A stretch of DNA of 59,075 nucleotides, filler included. It is 6 parts of 6 records of this genome, joined end to end, with 100 filler letters (N's around TTAATTAATTAA, not from the genome) between each part and the next. Parts side by side here need not be neighbours in the genome. Positions count along the whole stretch, not along the records: positions 25,805 to 36,509 come from SRR31156797_17264; positions 36,610 to 42,155 come from SRR31156797_17272; 4 more parts are not named here. One strand, given 5' to 3'. Made by a program: the position numbers and the translations under genes. The notes under the pieces are model-generated. The model was given only the letters and a program-made list of their open reading frames with translations. It was not told the DNA's origin and ran no database searches. Shown here piece by piece: positions 27,259-37,017 of the stretch (position 1 is its first letter; the number at the start of each line of letters is the position of its first letter).

Positions 27259-29678
27259 ATGGATGCCTCCGGTGACAAGGTTGGGAAGTCGTCAACCGCT
27301 ATAATTTTATTACGGTATTGTTCCAGGCTCAGCAGCAGTTCGGCCTGGCTTGGCGAGAGAATATTTTTCTGTGCTGCTTCTTTAATACGCCCTTCAGCAG
27401 TTGTTGCCGTGAGCATATTTGTTTTAACCGCATCCTGGAGGGCTGCTTCTCCTGACTGTGCTTGGATCGAAGTTGTTAAGTAGGCATCAAGTAGAGTGAG
27501 TGGCTCCCCCGGGTTATCAGGCAGGAAAACACCGTCAGTGAGTCGGTCCCTTGCGGGGGAATCGGTAAGGAGGATGCCTGCTACTCGTCTTCCAAGTTGG
27601 TCATCTGGCTGAGAGTAGGGACGTCCCAATGGGAAAACGGTCAAGCGAAGGACGTGGCCAATCGCTTTTATGGGAAAGTTGGCAAACAAGGACAGCAGGC
27701 TTTCCTGGGCAGCATAGAGGCACTTTTGACAGGACCACTCAACCAGCGGCTTATCTTGTGCAGGTGCCCCTGTATCATGGTAATGCTTGATAACAGCCAT
27801 GGTCAGGAACAGGTTGCTGATGACGTCACTCAGTCTTCCTGTCAGTTTCTCTTTTCGTTTTAAATTTGCGCCAAGAACCAACATGGAAATATCACCAACA
27901 AGGGCAAAGGCCGCTGAAAGTCTCGTCACCTGGCGGATATATTGCCCCGTCAGCTTATCGCTTTGTGCTGGAAGCAGTGCAGTACCTCCAAGTCCCATGG
28001 ATAAGGTTCGGCTGAAGTTACTGAGCAGGAAACCGATGTGGCCAAATAGGGCCTGGTCAAATTGCTTAAGGCTACCGGTTTCAATGGCCTTGATTTCCTG
28101 CTGAATAAATGGGTGACAACGCAGGAGGCTCTGGTTGAAAATGATAAAGGTGCGAGTGAGGATGTTGGCACCTTCAACGGTAACACCTATGGGCGCCGAT
28201 TGATACATTCGACCAAGAAGATTCTTGGGGCCAAGGCAAATCCCAGCTCCGCCCTGGACATCCATGGCATCGTTGATCACGGTACGCATGAGTTCGGTCA
28301 GGTGGTACTTTACAATGGCCGTGACCACGGCAGGCCGTTCACCGTTATCGATCCCGTGCACCGTTATTGCCCGTGCACTGTCCATGATATAGGTGTTACC
28401 GCCAATTCGGGTAAGGGCTTCTTCAACTCCTTCAAAGCGATGGATGGGCAGATTAAATTGTTTCCTCGCTGCTGCGTAGGCACCAATGGTTCGGCTTGCC
28501 AGCTTTGCTCCACCGGTAGACAGTGCTGGTAGTGAAACGCCTCTTCCGGCAGCAAGTGCTTCCATGAGCATGCTCCACCCATTACCGACACCATCTCTCC
28601 CGCCAATGACCATATCCAAGGGGATAAAAACATCCTTGCCTGTATTAGGCCCGTTTTGGAAGGGGCAGTTCAGTGGGAAATGACGATTGCCTGTCCAGAT
28701 TCCGGGGGTCTCACGGGGGATAAGGGCAAATGTGATCCCCAGATCTTCCTGGTCGCCCAAGAGACGATCAGGGTCATAGAGTTTAAATGCCAGTCCAATA
28801 ATGGTGGCAATGGGACCCAGTGTAATATAGCGTTTGTGCCAGTTTAAGCGAATGCCCAGTGTCTCTTGTCCATGGTGTTCCCCCTTACAGATAATCCCAG
28901 AGTCAGGGGTCGCGCTGGCATCGCTGCCTGCTGTAGGACCGGTAAGGCCAAAACAGGGTATCTCTTTTCCTGAGGCAAGTCTGGGCAGGTAATAATCTTT
29001 TTGGTTTTGGGTGCCGTAATGGAACAGCAACTCTGCCGGGCCAATGGAGTTAGGCACCATTACTGTGACTGCTGCCGGAATGCTGCGACTGGCAATTTTA
29101 GAAATGATAGCAGAGTGGGCAGTGGCAGAAAAACCGAGCCCTCCGTACTCTTGGGGGATGATAATGCCGAAGAATTTATTGTCTTTAAGATACTGCCAAA
29201 CCTCCGGCGGAAGATCGAGCAGGGTATGGGTGATCTGCCAATCATCGATCATGCGGCAAAGTGTATCTACTGGTCCATCGATAAAAGATTGCTCTTCATG
29301 TGTCAGGGAAGCTTGAGGGTAAGTAAGAATTGTTTGCCAGTCTGGTGCTCCACTCCATATCTCTGCATCCCACCATACCTTACCCGCATCCAAGGCTTCT
29401 TGTTCGGTTTGACTGACCCTGGGCATGATCGCCTGTGCCTGAGTAAACAGCGTTTGAGTAAGAAAACGTTGCCTGAAAGGAGGATGGTTGAGGACCACCA
29501 TAAGGGCAAGGGTACCCGCAAAAAACAGGATAAACAGCCAGGTTGGCGGTGAAATGAACATCGTCCACCCCAAAAGAGCTCCCAACAAGATAATGGAGGA
29601 GGATTTGAGTGAAAAGCGAAATGCGGAAAGGAGAAAAAGAAGAACAAATACAAGAATAATGAGTGCCAGAAACCCCAT
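27255..29678 (-). CDS. fadE: Long-form acyl-CoA dehydrogenase (FadE type, N-terminal TM, C-terminal DUF1974-like domain)
   Basis: SQTEQEALDAG, VMVPNSIGPAELL, CFGLTGPTAGSDA, KRYITLGP, TVEGANILTR, EKLTGRLSD; ATG 29678 with AGGAGG RBS; overlaps the thiolase start. Confidence 0.92.
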   Translation of the reverse strand: MGFLALIILVFVLLFLLSAFRFSLKSSSIILLGALLGWTMFISPPTWLFILFFAGTLALMVVLNHPPFRQRFLTQTLFTQAQAIMPRVSQTEQEALDAGKVWWDAEIWSGAPDWQTILTYPQASLTHEEQSFIDGPVDTLCRMIDDWQITHTLLDLPPEVWQYLKDNKFFGIIIPQEYGGLGFSATAHSAIISKIASRSIPAAVTVMVPNSIGPAELLFHYGTQNQKDYYLPRLASGKEIPCFGLTGPTAGSDASATPDSGIICKGEHHGQETLGIRLNWHKRYITLGPIATIIGLAFKLYDPDRLLGDQEDLGITFALIPRETPGIWTGNRHFPLNCPFQNGPNTGKDVFIPLDMVIGGRDGVGNGWSMLMEALAAGRGVSLPALSTGGAKLASRTIGAYAAARKQFNLPIHRFEGVEEALTRIGGNTYIMDSARAITVHGIDNGERPAVVTAIVKYHLTELMRTVINDAMDVQGGAGICLGPKNLLGRMYQSAPIGVTVEGANILTRTFIIFNQSLLRCHPFIQQEIKAIETGSLKQFDQALFGHIGFLLSNFSRTLSMGLGGTALLPAQSDKLTGQYIRQVTRLSAAFALVGDISMLVLGANLKRKEKLTGRLSDVISNLFLTMAVIKHYHDTGAPAQDKPLVEWSCQKCLYAAQESLLSLFANFPIKAIGHVLRLTVFPLGRPYSQPDDQLGRRVAGILLTDSPARDRLTDGVFLPDNPGEPLTLLDAYLTTSIQAQSGEAALQDAVKTNMLTATTAEGRIKEAAQKNILSPSQAELLLSLEQYRNKIIAVDDFPTLSPEASI

Positions 29679-30171
29679 GCTGCACCTCCTGGAAGTGTTT
29701 GCCTGTAAACTGCAACACATCCCTGCTTATTTGAATTTGCAGGGTGGAAATGACCTTGCCCGTTTCTTACATACTAAGCAGAAATGAGGAGTATGCATTC
29801 TTATTGAGTGTTTTTTTATATAACTGGTAGAAATAAAACGGAAAGCCTTACCTCCTAAGAGCGTGTTTCTCTTTTTTCTAAGAAGAAGGGGTATGTGCAT
29901 AACTGCTTGAAATTGTGAATTTTTGTTTGTTGGGGAGGTTGGTGCGGAGAGAGCTGGCAAATACTGTTTTGGTTATTCGGCTATCTCCTTCCATCGTGAT
30001 GTTTTTTTACAGATTTGGGCATAATAACGTTACCAGGTAAATTAATGCTGTTTGTCATTTATAAATGTATATTTGACTAGCGAAATGGCTTGACTTTGTC
30101 AGTAACTTGCCTACTTTCAAGTGTATTCTCATTGATTTTATTAAATATATACCCAGATATCTCTATCAATA

Positions 30172-31056
30172 ATGGACACAGCATCTGACTCAAAATCCGA
30201 ACCCCACTCGACCGAGCGGGGATTTCTGGCGTGGCTTAAATCTTTTTTACGTTTTCGCGGTGCCCCGGATACCACTGAAGAACTCGAAAATGAAATCCAG
30301 GAACTACTTGAAGAGGGTGAAGAACAGGGGTTAATAACCCGTCAGGAAGAGCGGTTGATCAGTTCTATTTTTGATTTTCGGGAGACAATGGCCTCGGAGA
30401 TTATGACCCCTTCTGCTGAGATAGTTTGCGCGGAAGAAAACGCCACCGTGGAAGAACTGGTGGGGATGATCAATGAAGAGGGGTACACTCGTATCCCGGT
30501 GTATAAAGAAACCCATGATCATGTGATCGGTATTCTGCATGCAAAGGATCTGCTCAAGATATGCGCCGGTAATGACAGTGTCGGTTTTGCTATCAATGAT
30601 TATTTAAATGCCCCCATGTTTATCCAGGAGTCCAAGCCCATAACTGAGCTGCTTCGAGATTTCCAAACAAAAAAAACACACATGGCCCTGGTCGTTGATG
30701 AGTTCGGCGGTGTTCGGGGGCTCATTACTTTAGAAGATGTTATTGAAGAGATTGTTGGTGACATAGACGATGAACATGACCAGGAGGAGAGTGAACTCCG
30801 GGTTGTTGATGAACAAACCATCATCATTGATGCCAAAATCGATATAGAGGAAGTAGAATCTCATTTCTCCGTCACCTTGCCGGAAGGACCTTACGAGTCT
30901 GTAGGCGGTTTTATTATTCATCAGCTTGGCAGGGTGCCCGAAGTAGGTGCCCAGGTAGAATATGAATCACTGCATTTCGGAGTGCTGGGTGCTGACAAGC
31001 GGCGGGTTAAAACCATCAGGGTTACCCGAAAAGAGATTGTAAATCAGGATGACTAA
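30172..31056 (+). CDS. corC: CorC/HlyC family CBS-domain protein
   Basis: EIMTP, YTRIPVY, IGILHAKDLL, HMALVVDEFGGVRGLITLEDVIEEIVGDIDDEHD; upstream of lnt. Confidence 0.9.
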   Translation: MDTASDSKSEPHSTERGFLAWLKSFLRFRGAPDTTEELENEIQELLEEGEEQGLITRQEERLISSIFDFRETMASEIMTPSAEIVCAEENATVEELVGMINEEGYTRIPVYKETHDHVIGILHAKDLLKICAGNDSVGFAINDYLNAPMFIQESKPITELLRDFQTKKTHMALVVDEFGGVRGLITLEDVIEEIVGDIDDEHDQEESELRVVDEQTIIIDAKIDIEEVESHFSVTLPEGPYESVGGFIIHQLGRVPEVGAQVEYESLHFGVLGADKRRVKTIRVTRKEIVNQDD

Positions 31057-32629
31057 ATTTTCGCCCCGTGTCACCCTTGGCTTTGGGTTCCTGACACCTC
31101 TGTTACTTGGCCTTGCAATGCCCGGCCGTGTTGGCTTTTGGCCGTTGCTTTTCGTCGCTATTGTTCCCTTGCTGCAACTCTGTCTCTCTCTGTCGCCTAA
31201 AAGAAGCTGTCTCGTTGGTTTTGCAACTGGCTTTCTGTACCACCTTTTCCTGCTTTACTGGATTGTTATTGTGGTCGGCCGTTACGGTGGCTTGCCTCTT
31301 CCTCTCTCGCTAGGGGCATTGGTTTTGCTCGCGCTCTACATGAGTTGTTTCTGGGGTCTATTCTGTTTTTTACTCAGCACATTTGCTGGTCGTTCCTGGA
31401 ATAAGGAACGCTCGATCTCTACCCTGGTCTGGCTCGCACCTGTGCTCTGGGTGGCTTGTGATTACCTCCGCAGCTTAGTGTTTACCGGTTTTCCCTGGAT
31501 GGATATCGGCTATGGCCTGTACTCTCAACCTCGCCTGATCCAAGCCGCTGACCTGGGAGGGCACCACGCAGTTAGCTTTGCCCTCTTGCTCTGTAACAGT
31601 TTAGTTGTTGCCATTATCGATCGGCAGCGTTCGGATGTGCGTTGGAATATACGAATGGAGAGACGTTTGCTGCTGTTGGCCTGCGGCTTTCTAGTTTTTA
31701 TTTTTGGGTACTCAATTCTGCGCTATGACATCGTGAGCAGTGCTGTCTCAAGAGGGCTGCAGTCCAAAATTGCCGTAGTACAGGGTAATGTTGACCAGGC
31801 AGATAAGTGGACTCCAGGTAAAAAAGAGCAGACTGTGGCCACCTATGTTCGCCTTGCAGAAGAACTTCTTGATCAACGGGATACAGAGCTTGTTGTCTGG
31901 CCGGAAACGGCGCTGCCCTTTTATCTGCAAAATGATCCGTTGGCATCCAGAATCGCCCAATTTGTCAGCGCAAATAACATTTGGTTATTAACCGGAGCGC
32001 CAGCGTATACTATCACGGGTACGCATGCAGACGGGCGTCGGGATGTCGATTATTTCAATGCTGCAATGTTGATTGATGCTGGCGGGAGGTTGGCTGGTCA
32101 GTATCAGAAACAACATCTTGTTCCTTTTGGTGAATATGTTCCTCTAAAAAAATATATGCCGTTTTTGTCGCCCTTGGTGGTCAGCGTAGGTGATTTTACT
32201 GCGGGGCAATCCAGTGAACCCCTTGTTATGGGGAAAATACGAATGGGCGTACTTGTCTGCTTTGAATCGATCTTTCCAGAGATTGCCAGAGAGAGTGCTG
32301 CCGCAGGGGCAAACCTGTTGGTAAATTTGACTAATGATGCTTGGTATGGGAGGTCAAGCGCGCCTTATCAGTCCATGGCCATGTCAGTCTTTCGTGCTGT
32401 TGAGACCAAGCGTTCACTGGTAAGGGCTGCCAATACCGGTATTAGTGGGTTTGTCGACCCGGTTGGTAATATAACCCAAAGGAGTGAACTCTTTGTCCCG
32501 ACCGCACTTGCCAGCCAGGTCCCTTTATGGGAAGAGGCAACGATTTTTACCCGAAACGGTTATCTGTTTGGTGCCTGCTGTCTTTGCGGCATCGTTGCTA
32601 TTTTCCTGTTTCGAAGAAAGGAAGCGTAG
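31049..32629 (+). CDS. lnt: Apolipoprotein N-acyltransferase
   Basis: FTGFPW, VQGNV, VWPETA, KQHLVPFGEYVP, VCFESIFP, TNDAWYG, RAANTGIS (E-K-C triad). Confidence 0.96.
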   Translation: MTKFSPRVTLGFGFLTPLLLGLAMPGRVGFWPLLFVAIVPLLQLCLSLSPKRSCLVGFATGFLYHLFLLYWIVIVVGRYGGLPLPLSLGALVLLALYMSCFWGLFCFLLSTFAGRSWNKERSISTLVWLAPVLWVACDYLRSLVFTGFPWMDIGYGLYSQPRLIQAADLGGHHAVSFALLLCNSLVVAIIDRQRSDVRWNIRMERRLLLLACGFLVFIFGYSILRYDIVSSAVSRGLQSKIAVVQGNVDQADKWTPGKKEQTVATYVRLAEELLDQRDTELVVWPETALPFYLQNDPLASRIAQFVSANNIWLLTGAPAYTITGTHADGRRDVDYFNAAMLIDAGGRLAGQYQKQHLVPFGEYVPLKKYMPFLSPLVVSVGDFTAGQSSEPLVMGKIRMGVLVCFESIFPEIARESAAAGANLLVNLTNDAWYGRSSAPYQSMAMSVFRAVETKRSLVRAANTGISGFVDPVGNITQRSELFVPTALASQVPLWEEATIFTRNGYLFGACCLCGIVAIFLFRRKEA

Positions 32630-32699
32630 GCTTTTTGCACCGGATTTGAGAAAAAGCAGGCTTTTTTTCAGAAGAGTCTGGAAATCTTACGTTCCCTAC

Positions 32700-32728
32700 T
32701 TGAGACTTACGGGCTAACTGTATAGTAT
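32700..32728 (+). promoter_or_regulatory. Candidate sigma70 promoter for prfB
   Basis: TTGAGA-17 nt-TAGTAT about 60 nt upstream of the ATG at 32790. Confidence 0.45.
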
Positions 32729-32789
32729 ACGGCGCTTGTCTTATCTAATGTTAGCTAGAAGTTATTTTTTTTATAAAGAGGTGTGTACC

Positions 32790-33900
32790 ATGGCGGAAAT
32801 TAGTGAATCTGCGGATTCCAGACAGTTACTCAATGAACTCAAGGGTAAAATGCTTGCGCTGAAGGAGCATCTTTGACTTAGATAACAAGAAAGAACAGGT
32901 TGAACTGCTGGAACGACAGACCCTTATGCCCGATTTTTGGAATAATCAGGCAACCGCAAAAAAGGTTCAGCGCCAGCTTGGGCAGCTGCAGGAGGTCATA
33001 AACTCATGGGAAAAGAGCTATAATGATCTCGATGATACAGAGATGCTTTTAGAGATGGCCGTTGAAGAAGATGATGGCGAGACCTATGGTGAAATTGTAT
33101 CCACTCTTGCAGGCTTGCGTAAGCGGATAGATCTGGTTGAGCTGGAATGTATGTTTGACGGTGAATACGACGGGAATAATAGTATTATTACTATCCATGC
33201 AGGTGCTGGCGGTACCGAGGCCCAGGATTGGGTCGGTATCTTGTTACGCATGTACCTGCGATGGGCTGAAAATAAAGGGTTTAAAACCGATATCCTTGAC
33301 CTGCTGCCTGGTGATGAAGCCGGTACTAAGAGTGTTACCGTTCTTGTAAAAGGGAAAGATGCCTATGGATATTTGCGATCAGAAATAGGTATTCACCGGT
33401 TGGTACGAATCTCGCCCTTTGATGCGAGCGGAAGAAGGCATACCTCATTTGCTTCGGTCATGGTTCTCCCTGAGCTTGATGATGATGTGGACATCGATAT
33501 TCAAGATAAAGATATTCGCATAGATACCTATCGAGCCAGTGGTGCCGGAGGGCAGCATGTCAATAAAACTGACTCTGCAATCAGGATCACCCATCTGGAA
33601 AGCGGTATTGTCGTACAGTGTCAGAATGAGCGTTCTCAACACCGCAATAAAGACATGGCCATGAAAATGCTGATGGCTCGTCTTATGGAGCGAGAAAGGG
33701 AAGAACAGGCCAAACATCATGAAAATCTCCAGGGGGATAAAAAAGAAATTGCCTGGGGGTCACAGATCCGTTCGTATGTCCTGCAGCCATACAGGCTGAT
33801 AAAGGACCACCGTACCAATTGCGAAGAAGGCAATGTGGATGCAGTGTTGGACGGGAAGCTTGATCGTTTTATTAAGGCCTATTTGCTGTGGCAGCCTTAA
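32790..33900 (+). CDS. prfB: Peptide chain release factor 2, with programmed +1 frameshift
   Basis: 28-codon ORF1 MAEISE...LKEHL ends CTT TGA C (32871-32877), continues in +1 frame DLDNKKEQ...MPDFWNN; SPF and GGQ motifs. Confidence 0.97.
32863..32877 (+). promoter_or_regulatory. RF2 autoregulatory frameshift cassette
   Basis: Internal SD AGGAG, 3-nt spacer CAT, slippery CTT-TGA-C. Confidence 0.95.
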
Positions 33901-33996
33901 GCGATCTCTTGAGGGAGTTGTTCCGGAATTTGTTGGACAACTCCTAAGGGGAGAAATAAGAAAACTTAAGTTGAGGAGTCGGTTTCCGATAATGTC

Positions 33997-35079
33997 ATGA
34001 ATCTTACAATCCGGCAGCAGCAGGAAGAGTTGGAGAAACGTACTCTCTCCCCTAATGCCTGCCTGAGCAGTCAGTCTCGAGGGCGATTTTCTTCGCGGCA
34101 GGAGCATCTGCCCTGCGAGTTGCGCAGTGCTTTTCAACGTGATCGCGACCGTATTATTCATTCCAAGACATTTCGTCGGCTGAAACATAAGACCCAGGTG
34201 TTTCTGGCCCCGGCAGGAGACCACTACCGCACGCGGCTCACCCACGTGCTTGAGGTGTCGCAGATAGCTCGGACAATGGCTACCTGTCTACGTCTTAATG
34301 AGTATCTGGCTGAAGCCATTGCCCTGGGGCATGACCTGGGGCATACTCCTTTTGGTCATGCCGGCGAGTTCAGTCTTAATCAACTGCATCCCAAGGGATT
34401 TAAACATTTTCAACAGAGCCTTCGTATTGTGGATTTTCTTGAAAATGACGGCCAAGGGTTAAATCTTACCTGGGAGGTCCGCAATGGTATCCTCAAGCAT
34501 TCCAAAGGCTATGGAGATATTTTGCCGGAGAATACCGGGGAGTTGGCAGCTACTTTGGAGGGCCAGTTGGTACGAGTGGGCGATATTATGGCCTATGTTA
34601 ATCATGATCTGGACGATGCGATGCGGGCGGATATGGTAAAAAACAGTGACCTGCCGGCACAACTGCGAAAAGTTCTGGGTGAACGTTCTTCTCATCGGAT
34701 AAAGGCCATGGTGGGTGATCTGGTGAAAGCCACCTTGGCAGCCGATGATGGGCATCTCCATTTAAGCGACGGCATGACGGAAACCATCAATGAGCTTCGC
34801 AGCTTTCTCTATGACAATGTGTATAGAAACTGGCGGGTCCACGATGAATTTGAAAAGGCCCAGCGCATTATCAGGGATCTGTATGGATACTTTCTTAAGC
34901 ATGATTTTCCTGTGCATGGTGCCGGGGCCTGTTGTCAGTTGCGACAACCGATATTTACCAAAGATGAAGAAACCAAGCGGCATAGACAGGTGTGTGATTT
35001 TATCGCAGGCATGACGGATCGTTACGCTCTTGGTCTTTATTCGCAGATTTTTATGCCCAAACCATGGAGCATGCTTTAA
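33997..35079 (+). CDS. dgt: dGTP triphosphohydrolase-like HD protein
   Basis: FQRDRDRIIHSKTFRRLKHKTQVF, RTRLTH, GHDLGHTPFGHAGE, DFIAGMTDRYA. Confidence 0.94.
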   Translation: MNLTIRQQQEELEKRTLSPNACLSSQSRGRFSSRQEHLPCELRSAFQRDRDRIIHSKTFRRLKHKTQVFLAPAGDHYRTRLTHVLEVSQIARTMATCLRLNEYLAEAIALGHDLGHTPFGHAGEFSLNQLHPKGFKHFQQSLRIVDFLENDGQGLNLTWEVRNGILKHSKGYGDILPENTGELAATLEGQLVRVGDIMAYVNHDLDDAMRADMVKNSDLPAQLRKVLGERSSHRIKAMVGDLVKATLAADDGHLHLSDGMTETINELRSFLYDNVYRNWRVHDEFEKAQRIIRDLYGYFLKHDFPVHGAGACCQLRQPIFTKDEETKRHRQVCDFIAGMTDRYALGLYSQIFMPKPWSML

Positions 35080-35237
35080 TCAGAACACTCATTGTGTTAA
35101 AAGCGTGTTGCAAGAGGAGTGAGGGCTCCTTCTGGTCCGGGCGTAATGTGGGCAACATTCCTTTTTAGAATCACTCTCGATTTACTTAAATTATTTAGAT
35201 ATTATTTGCTCCGGTCATGAGCCGGTATGAGAAAAAG

Positions 35238-36509
35238 ATGGAAAACCCAACAACACAAGAAAACGAAAAGTACGATTTGCCCAAGGGCTATGAGTTTGAT
35301 GAGGTAGAACAGCGCTGGTACAGTCGCTGGCTCGAGGAAAAAAGTTTTTCCGCAGCAATGGAGGAAGGTAAAAATCCCTTCTCCATAGTCATACCGCCTC
35401 CTAATGTGACCGGTGTTTTGCATATTGGCCATGCGCTTAATAACACCCTGCAGGATATTCTTGTTCGCTATCACCGGATGAAAGGAGATAACACTCTTTG
35501 GGTACCTGGCACCGATCACGCCGGTATTGCGACTCAAAATGTTGTTGAACGTCAGCTGGCAGCCGAAGATACAAACCGTCATGCCCTTGGTCGGGAAAAA
35601 TTCATCGAGCGAGTCTGGCAGTGGCGGGAAGAAAAAGGCGGTACCATCATCAACCAGTTGAAGCGGATGGGAGCATCCTGTGACTGGGACCGGGAAAGAT
35701 TTACCATGGACGAGGGGCTTTCCAGTGCGGTTCGGGAGGTGTTTGTCCGTTTGTTTAAAGAAGGGTTGATCTACAAGGGGGATTATATTGTTAATTGGTG
35801 CCCCCGATGCCACACAGCCCTGGCTGATGATGAGGTTGAGCATGATCCCACTGATGGTAAGCTCTATCATCTCCGCTACCCATACGCTGACGGGTCCGGA
35901 CATGTGGTGGTTGCGACCACTCGCCCGGAGACAATGCTTGGCGATACAGCAGTAGCGGTTCACCCTGAAGACGAACGGTACCAGGGGCTTGAGAAAATTG
36001 GTATTGCTTTGCCGCTGACTGACCGAATTCTTCCTGTTGTGCTCGACCATCATGTACAGCGAGAGTTTGGGACCGGCGCGCTCAAGGTGACTCCGTCCCA
36101 TGATCGTGATGACTATGAAATCGGGCTGCGTCACAATCTTGATCGTCTCAAAGTGATGGACGACAAAGGAGTGATGAACGAAGCTGCAGGGGCTTATGCG
36201 GGGCTTGATCGTTTTGCCTGTCGAAAACAGATCGTGGCAGATCTGGAAACGCAAGGCTATCTCGTCAAAATAGAAGACTACCAGCATGCCGTGGGCAAGT
36301 GTTACCGCTGCACCACTGTGGTGGAACCCACCACTTCCAAACAGTGGTTTGTCTCGGTGCGGCCGTTGGCTGACAAGGCGGTTGCTGCGGTGGAGGAGGG
36401 GCGGATTAACATTCATCCTCCTACCTGGAACAAGACGTTTTATTCCTGGATGGACAATATCCGTGATTGGTGTATTTCCAGACAGATCTGGTGGGGACAC
36501 CGGATACCG
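35238..36509 (+). CDS. valS: Valyl-tRNA synthetase, 3'-truncated
   Basis: PPPNVTGVLHIGHA (HIGH), PGTDHAGIATQ, ATTRPETMLGD, DWCISRQIWWGHRIP. Start 35238 or 35217. Confidence 0.97.
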
Positions 36510-36609
36510 NNNNNNNNNNNNNNNNNNNNNNNNNNNNNNNNNNNNNNNNNNNNTTAATTAATTAANNNNNNNNNNNNNNNNNNNNNNNNNNNNNNNNNNN
36601 NNNNNNNNN
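36510..36609. other. Artificial contig spacer
   Basis: N-run with TTAATTAATTAA. Confidence 0.99.
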
Positions 36610-36716
36610 ATCAGAATCTTCAGGTTTCGGAACAGGGCCTCTTTTTTATACATCAGCTCTGCCAGCTTTCCCTGGACGTCGATAATGGTAAGGATTGTTT
36701 TGTTCGGTTCTATCAT
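36610..36716 (-). CDS. Isochorismatase-family hydrolase, N-terminal fragment
   Basis: MIEPNKTILTIIDVQGKLAELM: the (L/I)IDVQ motif of cysteine hydrolases; cut by the contig edge. Confidence 0.7.
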
Positions 36717-36795
36717 TGCTGCATAATAACCCCGTCGGCTGTTGGTTTTCAAGACCGGAGGATTATGATAAAACGGGAGGAAAGGAGAGCAGAAA

Positions 36796-37017
36796 ATGGC
36801 AGAATTCAGTTATGAAATCCTGAAAACAATCGGTGTCATCTCGACCAGCCCCAAAGGGTGGAATCGGGAACTTAATCTTATCAGCTGGAACGGCCGGAGC
36901 CCTAAGTACGATATACGGGACTGGGCTCCGGATCACGAAAAAATGGGCAAGGGGATCTCCCTGAGTACCGAAGACCTGGCCGGGCTGAAGAACCTTTTAA
37001 ATGAAATTGAGGTCTGA
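36796..37017 (+). CDS. YdbC/PC4-family ssDNA-binding protein
   Basis: KGWNRELNLISWNGRSPKYDIRDWAPDHEKMGKGISL; AGGAG RBS. Confidence 0.92.
   Translation: MAEFSYEILKTIGVISTSPKGWNRELNLISWNGRSPKYDIRDWAPDHEKMGKGISLSTEDLAGLKNLLNEIEV

Noticed and set aside
29700-29930. sigma54 promoter and IHF sites upstream of fadE
   Set aside because: The best match reads GG-N10-TC rather than GG-N10-GC, and the IHF-like sites are mismatched; not supportable.
32874-32876. In-frame TGA in prfB as pseudogene or selenocysteine codon
   Set aside because: Matches the canonical RF2 +1 frameshift site.
35080-35237. Possible T-box or riboswitch upstream of valS
   Set aside because: Only about 140-160 nt with a weak hairpin; no T-box UGGNACC bulge or stem I motifs seen.
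35202-36500. 432-aa ORF antisense to valS
   Set aside because: Typical mirror frame of a conserved synthetase gene; no independent coding evidence.
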